From: Cenococcum geophilum
Taxonomy: Eukaryota
Assembly: GCA_050273025.1 (NCBI GenBank)
Contig: CP158635.1
Span: 13,268,001-13,332,000, forward strand
DNA: 64,000 nt
Reading direction: 5' to 3'
Of this stretch, positions 61,765 to 64,000 are shown in pieces; within the stretch, counting starts at the first letter, position 1, and each line of letters opens with the position of its first letter. Both the position numbers and the translations under genes were made by a program. Below the pieces are notes generated by a model. It searched no databases, was not told where the DNA came from, and worked only from the letters and a program-made list of their open reading frames with translations.

Positions 61765-64000
61765 GTACTCCTCTCCCCTAGATGGTTTGGTCCCTAAACC
61801 AAATAAATAACTTAAAAATAGGTAGTATACGGGGTTGCCTATTTTCTACCGCAAAGATATTAGTTCCACTTACCGCCCTTAACTAAGCTAATAGCGATTT
61901 TCTATGCTGGGTATAGAAAATCCTAATTAGTTAGTTTAGTAAGTAAGGTCGGCAGAACTCTATACTACTACCCAAATCGGTCCGTGTAGCGTTTCTTAGC
62001 AAAAATTTAGCTAATTAGATAACTTTGACTACTGGTTAAAGTTCTATAACATCTTAACTACTATAAATTTTAATGCGGTAGTTGGCCGTAACTTTAGCGT
62101 AACTTTTCCTTATTTTATGCCCAGTCTGGGGGTCCTAGCTTCTTAGGGTGTTACTTATAAAAGCGTTGTATAGCTTATTTGTAACCCTTTAGGTCTTCCT
62201 CTAGCTGCTAAGTTATATCCTTATAATATTTCCATTTAATCTTATAAGTTAGGCCCTAGGGGTCTTCGTTATATATATTAAGGATTTTCTTAAACTCCTA
62301 TTTGTCTTCTATATTGCCGTTATTATCTCTTTCTGCCACTTGTCCTTATATATTACGGCGCTCTACGGTATTAATATTTACTTAGCCAGGGATCTCTTTA
62401 GTAGCTTAGAGGCGGACCTTAGATATATAAAAGGATTTATTTACTTAGATATAGTCTAGGAGGTTTACTATAACTGCCCCTTAGTATACTACGAGTATAG
62501 GGTACGGGCCGTCCTATTTATTGTCCTATTTCTTCTTAGGTCTATTTATTTTTATATTTTCTAAGCTAACTATAACTATATTACCTTTATAGAATAACAC
62601 GCTCTTATCTCTATAGGTATTAGTATTATCTTTATAGTGTTACTATAAAATCTAGGCTAGGGCCTTAAGCTATATTAATATCCGCTTAAAGTGGTTAGCC
62701 ATAGAGTCTACGCGGAAGAACTCCTTCTTTGTTTATGCTAATAGTGTTAGTAAGCGGGGGCTAGTAGGCTTAATTCTAAGGCAAGGGTTAAAGCCATAGT
62801 TTATAAAAAACGGGGAAATGCCTATACTTTTATTAACTTAGTTATTCGTAGTAAACTTAGTAAGTAGCAGGTAGTTAACCTAGTCGTCCTATATAAAGCT
62901 AACAAAAGCATAAAGGTATTTATTTACGGCGGCGTTAATAATTTTAGTTTAGCCGTCCGTTTCTAGGTACTAGGCTAAGCTTAATTACAAGATTGTCTTA
63001 AGGCGTTTACTTAGTCGTCGCCAGAAGTTACTAACAAATTATATACCGCGATTAGAGATAATTATGCTTAGTGCACCGTAGAGCTTATATATATTATTAA
63101 TAAAGCTATTAACTAACTCCTCTATTAAGAGTCCTATTACTAAAATAAGGTATTATATTTTAGTTAGGCGGTCTATAATAATAAGGATATATTTATATGC
63201 CTTGCTATAGCGTTAGTATACTAGCAGCGTTATGATATAGTTAATTAAGATATTGGTTTATAGGTAGGCGGGTAATTTTAGTAGCTTTAGGAAACCGGGC
63301 GGGGTAGAACGGGGGGTTTTAGTACGAAAGTATAGGGCATAGTCTTTAATAAAGGTAGCCGTAAACTGGGAGATTCCTAACTACTAGTATATTTAGTTTA
63401 AGAGGTTAAGAGTCTTAACCCGGCCAAAGTAACTAGTGGGGCTACTGCTATAAGAGTAATAGGTAACTTCTAGGTAGAGGTCTAGAGTGTTAAGGACGAA
63501 GAGATATTAGCGGAAGTAGATCTGTCCGTTGATAATACTATATTCTAACTTATCGTAACGGAATAATTTCCTAATTTTCTTTAGCTAACGGCAAGCTTTT
63601 TAATTACGTAGGGCTGCCACTATATTTCTTACGAGTTTGTTCTCCTAGTATCCTAGCCAAATTAACTTGTCTAGTGACTTTTCGGCTATTTTGGGGTCTA
63701 GAGCGGCTATAAACTCTGTGTTATTAAAGTTACGGGACTTATATAGTAATTCTTCTAAAATTGTAGGGTTAACTTTCTAGGGCGGTATAATAACTTAGGC
63801 TTAGTAGCGGAGGCGTTTATTATTAGCGTCCTTAGGCCTTATTCCTAGTAGCCAGCTTAGGGCGTTAGGGAGCGTAGCTTTACTGCTAGGTCTATATATA
63901 ATTACAAAGTTAAACTATAAAAGGAACTCTGCCTACCAGACTTAGCGCTAGTTTAGCTACTTAGTAGTTATAAACATCTATAGGTTCTTATAGTCGGTAA
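61578..64000 (-). mobile_element. RIP-degraded Ty3/Gypsy retrotransposon, 3' half (RNase H end, integrase, chromodomain), truncated by the window
   Basis: Minus strand de-RIPs to TDHKNL..FMTTKQLNRRQVRWAEFLS (~63930-64000), GHFGRVKTL.LL.R.YYW...CALC.R.K......GFLKPLELP..PW.DISID, SDRG.QF.S.FW, PETDGQTE. Confidence 0.93.

Overview
Filamentous ascomycete genomic DNA (intron-containing genes; Eurotiomycete-like by protein style, which is inference). A gene-dense core (~18.0-50.0 kb) encodes PDA1, HAT1, a ZIP transporter, a degenerate tRNA-Lys, DRS2, mitochondrial mL46, a RING-ZZ-SH3 protein, an EBP-like protein, a Gac1-like PP1 subunit and BOL3. Three AT-rich, RIP-mutated blocks (about 1-17.7 kb, 51.3-54.6 kb and 60.2-64 kb) are almost empty in the ORF track but become readable by hand-reversing C>T/G>A changes. 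The main result is that 1-~8.65 kb looks like the captain end of a dead Starship giant transposon. It holds a full-length DUF3435 tyrosine-recombinase relic (5599-8282, minus strand) and, on its cargo side, a Ca2+/H+ exchanger, two unknown genes and the kinase domain of a Spok-like meiotic-drive (spore-killer) gene, an arrangement resembling the Podospora Spok block/Enterprise. Also present: a Gypsy element with mismatched LTRs, an extended Cys/His-repeat gag and an intron-containing antisense ORF; a piggyBac fragment 270 bp from the PDA1 start; a hAT element with a perfect 8-bp TSD inserted into the Myb-like domain of a large pseudogene; and a second Gypsy. De-RIPed translations are manual reconstructions and family calls rest on motif recognition, not database searches.
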